DNA of 52,621 bases from Gemmatimonadales bacterium (GCA_035635835.1 DASQAH010000258.1:1-52621), one strand, 5' to 3'; positions 18,723-27,803 are shown, counted from the stretch's first letter. A program made the numbers and translations. Notes: generated from the sequence alone by a model not told the origin.

Positions 18723-20047
18723 TGCGCACGCTCGCGCTGCTGCTCGCCCTCCCGTATACCCTCGTTGCCCAGCAGCCCCAGCCGGTCACGGCGATCAAGG
18801 CGGGGACGCTGATCGACGGGACCGGGACGGCGCCCGTGAAAAATGCCGTGATCCTGATCCAAGGCGAGCGCATCACCGCGGCGGGCGCCAACGTCGCGAT
18901 CCCCCGCGGCGCGGTGGTCATCGACCTGTCGGGCGAAACAGTGTTGCCGGGGTTCATTGACGCGCACGTGCACCTCGCCGGCCGGACCATCGGCGACGGT
19001 GACTGGCAGCATAGCCGCCTCACCGAGATGCCTAACCAACTCGCGCTGCTCGGCGCGGCGCACGCCCAGCAGACCCTGGAGGCGGGGTTCACCACCGTGC
19101 GCGTCGTCGGCAGCGTGCACTTCGGCGACATCGCGCTCCGCAACGCGATCACTGCGGGCTGGATCCCTGGACCGCGCATCGTCGGCGCGGGTGTCTCCTT
19201 CGGCATCCGCGGCGGCCATTGCGACGAAACCGATGGCCTGCAGCCCGACGCGCTGGGGTACGAAGCGGGCGTGGCGGAGGGGGTGGCCAACGGGCTCGAC
19301 GAGGTCCGCAACGCCGTCCGCTACATGGTCAAGTACGGCGCCGACGTCATCAAGATCTGCGCGACCGGTGGCGTCCTGTCCCTCACGGATTCGGCCGGCC
19401 TGCAGCAATACTCCGAGGAGGAGATGCGAGCGATCGTCGAGACGGCGACCCTGCTCCAGCGCCGCGTCGCCGCTCACGCCCACGGCACGGCAGGGATCAA
19501 GGCGGCCGTCCGGGCTGGCGTCACCTCGATCGAGCACGGTTCGATCCTCGACAGCGAAGCAGTCGCTCTGATGAAGGCGCACGGCACCTGGCTCGTCCCC
19601 ACGCTGCTCGCTGGCGTCACAGTCGAGTCGCTTGCCACCGCTGGTCGGCTGCCGCCGCCGATCGCCGCCAAGGCGCTTGCCATCGCGCCGCGGATGCGCG
19701 CCTCCTTCAGACTCGCGCTGGAGGCTGGCGTGAAGATCGCCCTCGGTACCGATGCCGGCGTAATGCGCCACGGCACCAACGCCCGGGAATTCGAGTTGAT
19801 GGTGCGGTACGGCATGACGCCGATGCAGGCGATCGTGGCCGGCACGCTGAGCGGGGCGACCCTGCTCGGCAAGGAGCAGGACGTCGGCTCGATCGCGCCG
19901 GGGAAGAACGCCGACCTCGTCGCGGTGCGCGGCGACCCGTTGCAGGACATCACCCTGTTGCAGCACGTGGACTTCGTGATGAAAGGCGGGACGATCTACA
20001 AACGCAACGGGGAGTTCGTGGGGCACAGCACCGCCGGAATACCGTAA
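18722..20047 (+). CDS. amidohydrolase family protein (secreted)
   Basis: Signal peptide ...VAQQ. IKAGTLIDGTG...LPGFIDAHVHL (HxH)...AAHAHG...IEHGS. The start shares 1 nt with the kinase stop (TGATG). Confidence 0.85.
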   Translation: MRTLALLLALPYTLVAQQPQPVTAIKAGTLIDGTGTAPVKNAVILIQGERITAAGANVAIPRGAVVIDLSGETVLPGFIDAHVHLAGRTIGDGDWQHSRLTEMPNQLALLGAAHAQQTLEAGFTTVRVVGSVHFGDIALRNAITAGWIPGPRIVGAGVSFGIRGGHCDETDGLQPDALGYEAGVAEGVANGLDEVRNAVRYMVKYGADVIKICATGGVLSLTDSAGLQQYSEEEMRAIVETATLLQRRVAAHAHGTAGIKAAVRAGVTSIEHGSILDSEAVALMKAHGTWLVPTLLAGVTVESLATAGRLPPPIAAKALAIAPRMRASFRLALEAGVKIALGTDAGVMRHGTNAREFELMVRYGMTPMQAIVAGTLSGATLLGKEQDVGSIAPGKNADLVAVRGDPLQDITLLQHVDFVMKGGTIYKRNGEFVGHSTAGIP

Positions 20048-20070
20048 CTCGAGTTCGCCTCCCCGAGGAA

Positions 20071-20076
20071 TAGCTT
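20071..20076 (+). promoter_or_regulatory. -10-like TAGCTT, 6 nt before ATG 20083 (leaderless geometry)
   Basis: Read directly. No SD in the 6-nt gap (actccg). Confidence 0.45.
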
Positions 20077-20082
20077 ACTCCG

Positions 20083-21177
20083 ATGCAGCGCTTTCCAGCG
20101 TTCGATCCCCCGGAGTACGTCGAGTGGCAGCCGGACCCGGCTCTCGTCCGGGCATATCGGCGGACCATCGAGGAGAACCCCGAGCGGGCGGCTCTCGTCT
20201 CTCTCCTGCCGCACGAGGCCAAGCGCGGCTTGTACGCCGGCTTGCTGCGCGCCCGGCTGCATGACGTCCAGCTGAAGCGCTGGGTTCGAACCGGCGTCAT
20301 CTCCAAAGCGTGGCTCGGCACGGGCGAGGAGGCGACCACCGTCGGCCCCGTGCACGCGTTACAGCGAGGGCGCGACATCGTCGCGCCGATGATCCGCAAT
20401 GCGGCCGCCTGCTGCGAGATGGGGATGAGTGTGGCCGACATGCTGCGCGCCTACCTCGGCAGCGAGGATTCTCCCAGTCGCGGCCGCGATCTGCACGTCG
20501 GATCCTTCTCCCACGGCGTGCTGCAGCCCATCTCCCACGTGGGTGACATGGTGCCGGTGATCACCGGCATCGCGCTGACGTTCAAGATGAAGGGGGAGCC
20601 GCGGGTCGCCCTCACCTGGGTAGGGGACGGGTCGACCAAGACCGCCGCAGCGCACGAAGGGACCAACTTCGCCGCGGTGCAGCGGGTCCCCGCGATCTTC
20701 ATTCTCGAGAACAACCAGGTGGCCCTCGGCACTCGCCTCGAGCAACACCACCTTCCCGGCACGTTCCGCGACTGGGGGGCGAGTTACGGGATGTGGAGCG
20801 CCCAGTTCGACGGCAACAACGTGCTCGACGCCTACGCAGCAACGGCCCTCGCGGCCCTGCGCTGCCGCCGCGGCGAGGGGCCGGCCCTGCTCGTCGCCGA
20901 GACGTTCCGGATGGGTGGCCACGCGACCCACGATGAGCGCGAGGCACGGGAGACGTTCCCAGACTCGCTGTTCAAGGAATGGGGCCGCCGCGACCCGATC
21001 GGCCTGTTCGAGGAGTATCTGAAGGAAGAGGGGTGGAGCGCGACCGGGCTCGCGGACGTGGAGCGGGACGTGACTGCCGAAGTGGAGCGAGCGGCCGAGC
21101 AGGCGGTGCAGAGCAAGGCGCGGATGCCGAAGGGGGAGACGGCGCTGGCGGGGGTGTATGCGAAGCCAGGGCGGTAA
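20083..21177 (+). CDS. thiamine-diphosphate-dependent 2-oxoacid dehydrogenase E1 component, alpha subunit
   Basis: TPP motif GDGSTKTAAAHEGTNFAAVQRVPAIFILENNQ. HATHDE, WGRRDPI. Confidence 0.85.
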   Translation: MQRFPAFDPPEYVEWQPDPALVRAYRRTIEENPERAALVSLLPHEAKRGLYAGLLRARLHDVQLKRWVRTGVISKAWLGTGEEATTVGPVHALQRGRDIVAPMIRNAAACCEMGMSVADMLRAYLGSEDSPSRGRDLHVGSFSHGVLQPISHVGDMVPVITGIALTFKMKGEPRVALTWVGDGSTKTAAAHEGTNFAAVQRVPAIFILENNQVALGTRLEQHHLPGTFRDWGASYGMWSAQFDGNNVLDAYAATALAALRCRRGEGPALLVAETFRMGGHATHDEREARETFPDSLFKEWGRRDPIGLFEEYLKEEGWSATGLADVERDVTAEVERAAEQAVQSKARMPKGETALAGVYAKPGR

Positions 21178-22768
21178 GTTGCTGGCCGCAATCATGCTCG
21201 TGGCGGCCACCCCTTCCGAGGGTCAAGATCTCCGCACTCGCGTCGTGCATTACGGGTTTCACGTCATCCTGCCAGATACCGGCTCGAAGATCATTGGGCG
21301 GGCCGATGTGTGGCTAGCCAGGCCCATCGGTGGGCCGCACGACACTCTGAGTCTTGACGCGCTTGGGCTGGTCGTGGATTCAGTGACGTGGGATAGAGGC
21401 CGGCTACCCTTTGCCCCCGACAGCGCGCACCTTCGTGTGGCGCTGCCTGTCGACTTGAGTGGCTCGCCCGCCCGTGTCACCGTGTCGTACCACGCGTCCC
21501 CGAGGGATGGCCTGATCATTGGCTCCAACAGCCGAGGAGCCCGAGTGGTGTTCGGCGACAACTGGCCGGAACGAGCCCGCTACTGGCTGCCGCTGGTCGA
21601 CCAGCCGGGCGCGAAAGCGACAGTGGCGTTCAGCGTCGATGCGCCTGCGGGGTTCCGCGTTGTGGGGCCGGGAGCGGTCTTCGGTGGTCCGCGCACGTGG
21701 CGCGAGAATCATCCGATCCCCCCCTATACGATGGTGATCGGAGTCGCCAAGTTCGCTGTGAGCCACCACCGCCCTGTCGTCAACGGCCGCGAAACCATCC
21801 CGATTGAGGTCTGGACCTACCCCGAAGACTCCGCCTACGCCGACTCGGTGCCCTTCCAGCACGCCACCGAGATCGTCGAGACGCTGCAGCGCATCGTGGG
21901 GCCGTTCCCATACGAGAAGCTTGCCCACGTCGAGTCCTCGACGCGATTCGGCGGGATGGAGAACTCGAGCGCGATCTTCTACGCGGAAAGACCGTACGTT
22001 GAACGACGGATGCGAGAAGGCGTCGTGCGACACGAGACAGCCCACCAGTGGTTCGGCGACGCCGTCACCGAGCGCGACTGGCACCATCTCTGGCTCTCTG
22101 AAGGCTTCGCGAGCTATTTCGACCTTGTCGCGGGCGCGGCGCTGCACGGCGACTCCGTCCTCACCGCGGGCCTGCGGGCCGACGCCCGGAGCTACTTGCG
22201 GTCGGACGTTGTTGATCGGCCGGTCATCGATACCGCGCAGCACGATCCGCTGAAGTTGCTGAACGCCAACAATTACCAGAAGGGCGCCTGGATCCTTCAT
22301 ATGCTACGGGGGCTGGTCGGCGACTCGGTCTTCTTCTTGGGAATCCGCGAGTACTACCGGCGCTTCCGGGATTCGACCGCCCTCAGTGAGGACTTCCAGC
22401 AGGTGATGGAGAACGCCGCCGGCCGCCAGCTCGAGTGGTTCTTTGATCAGTGGCTCCGCCAGCCTGGTTACCCACGCCTGCAGGTGGCCTGGCGATATGA
22501 CAGCGCCGCCCATCGGGTGCGTCTGGACTTCTCCCAAGCGCAGTCTGCCACTTGGGGCTCGTTCCGGCTGCCACGCGTGACCGTCGAGATTCGGGGGGCG
22601 GGCGACGCGGCCGTGCTGCGGACGGTGAGCGTCGAAGGGCCGCGCTCCCTGGCGATCGTCGAGGTCCCCCCCGCACTCACGCCGGGCGATGTCCGGATCG
22701 ATCCGGACGGGAAACTTCTCTTGGAGGCGACGGTAACACGAACGGACCGAAAGGCGGAGAATCCCTAA
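21158..22768 (+). CDS. M1 family aminopeptidase
   Basis: GGMENSSAIFY (GxMEN), HETAHQWFG (HExxH), WLSEGFASY. An alternative ATG lies at 21194. Confidence 0.9.
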   Translation: MRSQGGKLLAAIMLVAATPSEGQDLRTRVVHYGFHVILPDTGSKIIGRADVWLARPIGGPHDTLSLDALGLVVDSVTWDRGRLPFAPDSAHLRVALPVDLSGSPARVTVSYHASPRDGLIIGSNSRGARVVFGDNWPERARYWLPLVDQPGAKATVAFSVDAPAGFRVVGPGAVFGGPRTWRENHPIPPYTMVIGVAKFAVSHHRPVVNGRETIPIEVWTYPEDSAYADSVPFQHATEIVETLQRIVGPFPYEKLAHVESSTRFGGMENSSAIFYAERPYVERRMREGVVRHETAHQWFGDAVTERDWHHLWLSEGFASYFDLVAGAALHGDSVLTAGLRADARSYLRSDVVDRPVIDTAQHDPLKLLNANNYQKGAWILHMLRGLVGDSVFFLGIREYYRRFRDSTALSEDFQQVMENAAGRQLEWFFDQWLRQPGYPRLQVAWRYDSAAHRVRLDFSQAQSATWGSFRLPRVTVEIRGAGDAAVLRTVSVEGPRSLAIVEVPPALTPGDVRIDPDGKLLLEATVTRTDRKAENP

Positions 22769-23883
22769 TGCGCATCAGACAATTGCTCGCCATGGCGATC
22801 GCTTCCGGGTCCCTCCCCCTCGCTGCCGTGGCGCAGACCGCGGCGCCGGGACTCGTGAGGGTCAGCGTCGCCGGCCACGACCTGTTTGTGCCGGCCGGAT
22901 TCACCGTGAGCCTCTTCGCCGACAACGTCGGCGGGGTACGCTCCCTCGCCCTTGGCCCGGGCGAGGTGGTGTACGCGGCACAGCCGGGCAAAGGGCTGAT
23001 CGTCCGGCTGCCGGACGCGAACCACGACGGCGTCGCCGACACGGTGATCACCGTCGCGAGCGGGCTCAATCTCCCTTTCGGGCTCGCATTTCGGCGAGAC
23101 ACGATGTACGTCGGGGAGACGAACGGGGTCAAGCGCGTCGACCCTGGAGTCGCGGCCCCGCGACAGCTGATTGCCGGCATTCCGGGCGGCGGGCACTATA
23201 CCCGCACCGTGGTCATCGGTCCGCCACCGGACAACCACCTCTACCTCGCGATCGGGAGCTCGTGCAACATTTGCGAGGAGAGCGATCCGCGTCGCGCCGC
23301 AGTGGTGCGCTACAACCTCGACGGCTCGGGTGAGCACCTGTTCGCGACGGGGCTGCGCAACTCGGTCGGTTTGGCATTCAATCCGACGACGGGCGAGCTC
23401 TGGGCCAACAACAACGACCGCGACAACCTGGGCGACGACCTGCCACCCGAGCACCTCAACGTCCTGAAGGACGGCAAGTTCTACGGCTGGCCGCAGTGCT
23501 ACCTGCCGGGCAAGCCAAACCCCGAGTATCCCGAGGCCAAGTGCACCGGGGTCGAGCCGCCCGTGTTCCTCATGCAGGCGCATTCAGCGCCGCTCGGCCT
23601 CGCGTTCTACACCGGGAGCATGTTCCCCCGCGACTACCGGGGCGACATTTTCATGACCTACCACGGCTCTTGGAACCGCAGCGTGCCGACGGGCGCGAAG
23701 GTGGTGCGCGTGCACATCCAGAACGGCAAGCCGGTCTCGGTCGAGGACTTCGTGACCGGCTGGCAGCTCGCGGACGGCTCACGCTGGGGCCGGCCGGTGA
23801 GCCTGCTGGTGCTACCCGACGGCTCGCTGCTCGTCTCCGACGACAGCGGCGGGCGGATCTGGAGGGTGAGTTATGGCAAGTAA
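22768..23883 (+). CDS. PQQ-dependent sugar (sorbosone/glucose) dehydrogenase family protein, secreted
   Basis: ATG overlaps the upstream stop (TAATG). Signal peptide ...AVAQT. GLRNSVGLAFNPTTGELWANNNDRD, GKFYGWPQCY. Track ORF 22552.. is over-extended. Confidence 0.85.
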   Translation: MRIRQLLAMAIASGSLPLAAVAQTAAPGLVRVSVAGHDLFVPAGFTVSLFADNVGGVRSLALGPGEVVYAAQPGKGLIVRLPDANHDGVADTVITVASGLNLPFGLAFRRDTMYVGETNGVKRVDPGVAAPRQLIAGIPGGGHYTRTVVIGPPPDNHLYLAIGSSCNICEESDPRRAAVVRYNLDGSGEHLFATGLRNSVGLAFNPTTGELWANNNDRDNLGDDLPPEHLNVLKDGKFYGWPQCYLPGKPNPEYPEAKCTGVEPPVFLMQAHSAPLGLAFYTGSMFPRDYRGDIFMTYHGSWNRSVPTGAKVVRVHIQNGKPVSVEDFVTGWQLADGSRWGRPVSLLVLPDGSLLVSDDSGGRIWRVSYGK

Positions 23884-24694
23884 TGTTCGGACAGGCGGAC
23901 GGTCGGTGGGACTCTTCGGTGGTGCACTGGTTTTGGTTGGGGGGATAGGGGCCTTGCTGTCTGTCGGTCCGACCAGTCCGTCCGACATTCATTCCGAATA
24001 CGTCAAGTACCTCTCGGGCAAGGACTCGATCACCGCCTACTTGGCCTACCCGGAGCGGCGGGATCCGGCGCCTGGGGTGATCGTGATTCACGACGTCTAC
24101 GGCATGGCCGACCGCCTGCGCCCCGCCGTGGAGAAGCTGGCGCGCGAAGGATTCGTGGCGATCGGCCCCGACCTCCTATCGCGTAAGGGAGGCACGCCGC
24201 CGTCGTCAGACGACGCGCGGCGGCTGGTCAGCGGGCTCAACCCCGACACCCTCACCATGGACTTGGACGGTGCGGCTGCCTACCTCCGCACGCTCGGAGC
24301 GGTGCGGGCCGATCGCATCGGCGTCATCGGGTTCTGCTGGGGAGGGGGGCAGAGCTTCCGCTATGCCACCAACAATCCGACGCTGCGGGCGTTCGTGGTG
24401 TGTTACGGGCCGGCACCGGACACGGCCGCCCTCCGGCGGATCCAAGCGAAGGGCCTCGGTGTCTACGCGGAAAACGATGCGCGCATCGACGCCGGCCTTC
24501 CCGATCTCGTGGGCGCTCTGAAGCGCACGAGCGTGAGTTATCGTTACACGGTGTATCCCGGCGTGGGACACGCGTTCCTGCAGACACGTGAGAAGCCGGA
24601 GGTGGCCGACAGCGCGTGGGGGGCGGTGGTGCGGTTTTTCCGCGAGACGTTGGAGGGGGTGGGGGGGCGGGGGGTGCGGGGGGGGCGTCCCTAG
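23873..24694 (+). CDS. dienelactone hydrolase family protein (membrane-anchored or secreted)
   Basis: GVIVIHDVYGM, IGVIGFCWGGGQS, YPGVGHAF. The C-terminal LEGVGGRGVRGGRP is encoded by a G-tract. Confidence 0.8.
   Translation: MASNVRTGGRSVGLFGGALVLVGGIGALLSVGPTSPSDIHSEYVKYLSGKDSITAYLAYPERRDPAPGVIVIHDVYGMADRLRPAVEKLAREGFVAIGPDLLSRKGGTPPSSDDARRLVSGLNPDTLTMDLDGAAAYLRTLGAVRADRIGVIGFCWGGGQSFRYATNNPTLRAFVVCYGPAPDTAALRRIQAKGLGVYAENDARIDAGLPDLVGALKRTSVSYRYTVYPGVGHAFLQTREKPEVADSAWGAVVRFFRETLEGVGGRGVRGGRP
24655..24685. repeat. G-tract G5-T-G7-C-G6-TGC-G8 (canonical G4 motif)
   Basis: Read directly. Ends 7 nt before the DLH stop and 12 nt from the stop of the convergent S41 gene. Confidence 0.9.
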
Positions 24695-24696
24695 CC

Positions 24697-26013
24697 TCAG
24701 CGTTTCGGCGTTGTCTCCAGGTATTGTCGGGCGCGTTCCAGAGCCGCGTCCCGCCCAGCGAGAAAGTCCTCCACCCTCACGACGACTGGCTGCTCGGGTG
24801 TTACGCCGATGCCGGCGAACTCCGCCCCGTCGGGGAACGCGTCGCGCGTGACGCAGAGCTGGACCCCCCACCCCTTGGCGAGCGGTAGGGTGAGGACCTG
24901 TCCGGTGCTGCCGGCCGAGGGCTCGCCCAGGATGGGGCCCCGCGCCGCGTTCCGGAAGGCGACAAGGAGATCCTCCGCCGCTCCCGCCGTGCGTGGCGAG
25001 GCGAGCACGGCCACGGGGCCCTTGAACCGCGGGCGGTCGGCGCGGGGGCGGATTGTGTCCGGCTGCACGGTGAACCAGGCGCCCGCCGAATCGGGCATGT
25101 CCGGACCCCGGTAGGCGGGCCGGTACTGCGGCGTCCGCCAGCGCGAGGTGAGGAAGGCGTGGTCCACCAGTCGGGCGAGGATTTGATAACCGGCTTCGCG
25201 ACCGCCGACTCCACTCCCGCCGTGCTCCCGCAGGTCGAGGATCATCCCGGTGACGTTGGCGAAGTCGGGAAAGGCGCGGTCGAACTGGCGCGTGACGTCG
25301 GGGTCGCCGAGGGCGTTGATCCGTACCCACGCCACGCCCCCAGGGAGTGTGTCCCCTTCCAGCGCCGGGTGCTCGAGCGGCCAAGGATCGCCGAGCGCCA
25401 CGGCGCGGGTCACGCTGGCGCCGCGCTCGGCGCCCCCGGGGAGTCGGAGTTGCAGGTGCAGCGCGGTACCTTTCTCTCCCTCGAGCAAGCGGGCCGTGGC
25501 GCGTTCCCAGCGGGCGGCCGGTGTCGCGGCTCCCACCTCCGGCAGCACCGAGTCGCGGATCCACGTCTCGACGGGGATGCCCTGAACGGCGAGGACCTCG
25601 GCGAGACGCTCGGGGCGGGCGATGCGCATCTCGTCGTTCGGCGCGTAGTCGATGATGAACGGGCGGCGCTCCACGGCGCGCAGCTCGATCGGTGGACGCG
25701 CCACGCGGGCCCGCACTGCCCCCGGCGCGCGGACCTCCGCCTGGCCATCGCCCAGCAAGGCGACGAAGCGACGCAGGGCGTGAAAGAACTGCCGATCCGT
25801 CGGCCGCCCCGCTGCGAACGCGAGGGTCGCCGTGAGCGCCGAGTCCCAGTCGGCGTGCACGCGATCCCAGTAGGCGTAGTTGGTCCGGGCTTCGGCCCAG
25901 AGTTTCACGACGATGAGCTGACGATCGGCGGGCGAGAGCTGCTGCGCCGCCACGACAACCCGGAGCGGAATGAGGAGCGCGACGACGCAATGACGGACGG
26001 TGCGTGACGGCAT
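24697..26013 (-). CDS. S41 family peptidase (secreted)
   Basis: Signal peptide ...VVVAAQQ. GMILDLREHGGSG, VAVLASPRTAGAAEDL, GIGVTPEQPV. Tail-specific-protease-like fold. Confidence 0.85.
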   Translation of the reverse strand: MPSRTVRHCVVALLIPLRVVVAAQQLSPADRQLIVVKLWAEARTNYAYWDRVHADWDSALTATLAFAAGRPTDRQFFHALRRFVALLGDGQAEVRAPGAVRARVARPPIELRAVERRPFIIDYAPNDEMRIARPERLAEVLAVQGIPVETWIRDSVLPEVGAATPAARWERATARLLEGEKGTALHLQLRLPGGAERGASVTRAVALGDPWPLEHPALEGDTLPGGVAWVRINALGDPDVTRQFDRAFPDFANVTGMILDLREHGGSGVGGREAGYQILARLVDHAFLTSRWRTPQYRPAYRGPDMPDSAGAWFTVQPDTIRPRADRPRFKGPVAVLASPRTAGAAEDLLVAFRNAARGPILGEPSAGSTGQVLTLPLAKGWGVQLCVTRDAFPDGAEFAGIGVTPEQPVVVRVEDFLAGRDAALERARQYLETTPKR

Positions 26014-27214
26014 GGCCCTAATCTACCTGCTTCTCTTCGTGTCGCCGCAGGTGCTGCTGTACGTATACCTGCGCGAGCGCCTCCCCGACCCCGCGCGTCC
26101 GGCGCGCGCCCACCTCGTGCGCGCTGGCCTGGCGGCCGTGTTCGCCGTCTTCAACTTCCCCTGGCTGTTCGTCGCGCGGCGCGTGCTGCTCGGCAGCGTG
26201 TGGGGCATGGGCCGGATCCCCTACCTGGGCCCGTGGATCGCGTGGCAGATGCTCGGCTGGATCCTTTTTGGGCTCGTGGCGGTCTACGTCATCGCGAAGG
26301 CAGTGGTGTGGCTGGGGAAGAAAGTGCGCCGCGCGCCGTCCACGGTACGCGCACCAGACACAGTCATCTCTCGTCGCCGCTTCCTCGTGCGCGCGACTTA
26401 TGCATACGGCGCTGCCGGAGCGGCGTTCTCGACCTACGGCATCTGGAACGCCGAGCGGCTCCCTGAGGTGACTCGCCGTACGCTCACGTTCCCAGGTCTA
26501 CCCGCCGGACTGGATGGCCTGCGCCTGCTCCATCTTTCCGACGTCCACGCCGGCGTCCACATGGAGCAGGACAAGATGCAGGCGCTGGTCGCGCAGGCGA
26601 ACGCGCTCGGCGCCGACCTAATCGTCCAGACGGGCGACATGATCGACATCGACCCGGCTTACATCCCGCACTACGTGCGCGCGTTCCGAGAGCTCTCCGC
26701 CCCCCTCGGCGTCGTCACCGTGCTCGGCAACCACGACCGCTACACTGGGGCGGACGCGGTGATCCGCGGGGTGCGCGAGGCGGGCCAGGTGTTCGTGCGG
26801 AACGACGTACACGTGATCGAGCGGGGCGGCGCCACGCTCGCGCTCGTCGGCATCGACGACCCCCGTAACTGGAAGGCGGACGACCCCCAGCCTTTGGACA
26901 TCGACCTCGCCCTGCGGCGAACGCCACGTGATGCGTTCCAAATCCTGCTCGCCCACCGTCCCGGCGCGTTCGACGGCGCGGCGCCCCGGGGCATCCCGCT
27001 CACCCTGGCCGGCCACATCCATGGCGGGCAGTTCTATCTGCCGATCCTCGGCTGGTCGGCCGGGCGATTAATCACGAAATACGTCATGGGACACTTCCGG
27101 CAAGGCAACAGCCAGCTCTACGTCAGCCGCGGCATCGGCGTGGTGGGCGTGCCGATCCGGGTGTTCGTGCCGCCGGAAATCGCGCTGCTCGAACTGCGTC
27201 GGATGGTCGGCTAG
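26012..27214 (+). CDS. membrane-anchored metallophosphoesterase
   Basis: N-terminal TM helices. LHLSDVHAG, QTGDMID, VLGNHD, GHIHGGQ. Start is ATG 26012 (or GTG 26000); either overlaps the divergent S41 start. Confidence 0.8.
   Translation: MALIYLLLFVSPQVLLYVYLRERLPDPARPARAHLVRAGLAAVFAVFNFPWLFVARRVLLGSVWGMGRIPYLGPWIAWQMLGWILFGLVAVYVIAKAVVWLGKKVRRAPSTVRAPDTVISRRRFLVRATYAYGAAGAAFSTYGIWNAERLPEVTRRTLTFPGLPAGLDGLRLLHLSDVHAGVHMEQDKMQALVAQANALGADLIVQTGDMIDIDPAYIPHYVRAFRELSAPLGVVTVLGNHDRYTGADAVIRGVREAGQVFVRNDVHVIERGGATLALVGIDDPRNWKADDPQPLDIDLALRRTPRDAFQILLAHRPGAFDGAAPRGIPLTLAGHIHGGQFYLPILGWSAGRLITKYVMGHFRQGNSQLYVSRGIGVVGVPIRVFVPPEIALLELRRMVG
26020..26025 (-). promoter_or_regulatory. -10-like TAGATT, 6 nt before ATG 26013 (leaderless geometry)
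   Basis: Plus-strand aatcta. Lies inside the first codons of the divergent metallophosphoesterase gene. Confidence 0.4.
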
Positions 27215-27215
27215 T

Positions 27216-27794
27216 CTAGCCGGCGCTTATCCCTGACCACGCCGCGTCGATCGCCAGCCGCACGCCCGGATGGCTCTCGTTCCACTCCTGAGCCGTGATC
27301 CGCTCGAGCGCCAGGCTGACTACGGCGAGCCATACGGCCGCCCACACCTCCACCGCGCCGGGGCGGACCGCCCCCGCGGCCTTACCTTGCGCCACCAGCG
27401 CTTCGACGCCCACGCGGAACTCGTGGGCGGCGTCCTTGGACTGGGGCTCGAGCCGGGGCGGGGGACTGTGGCGCTCGAGGAAAAACAGCTGGACCACGGC
27501 GCGTTCCCGCGTGGCGCCCTGCACCAGGGCTTGCGCCAGGTGTCGCAGCTTCTCGCGCGGGTCTCCGCCCGCGCTTTCGGCTTCCTGCACGAGGCGCAAC
27601 GCCCACCGCGCCGCGCCCCGGTACAGTTCGTTCAACAGGTGTTGCTTGCTCTGGAAGTGGCGGTAGATCGTCCCCTCAGCCACACCTGCTTTCCGTGCGA
27701 TCTCGGCGGTAGTCGTCGCCTCGTAACCCCGCGTGCTGAAGAGCTCGAGCGCGGCGCGCACCAATCGCTGGCGGGTGAGATCGGCCGTAGGCAT
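27216..27794 (-). CDS. TetR family transcriptional regulator
   Basis: HTH: RQRLVRAALELFSTRGYEATTTAEIARKAGVAEGTIYRHFQSKQHLL. Confidence 0.9.
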   Translation of the reverse strand: MPTADLTRQRLVRAALELFSTRGYEATTTAEIARKAGVAEGTIYRHFQSKQHLLNELYRGAARWALRLVQEAESAGGDPREKLRHLAQALVQGATRERAVVQLFFLERHSPPPRLEPQSKDAAHEFRVGVEALVAQGKAAGAVRPGAVEVWAAVWLAVVSLALERITAQEWNESHPGVRLAIDAAWSGISAG

Positions 27795-27803
27795 CGCCCC
27801 GCG

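Noticed and set aside
24206-25990. 594-aa ORF on the minus strand, the longest in its region
   Set aside because: It overlaps the well-supported S41 peptidase gene (24697..26013, same strand) in a different frame. The product is an Arg/Pro/Gly-rich low-complexity string with no motifs. This is a typical shadow ORF of a ~70% GC genome.
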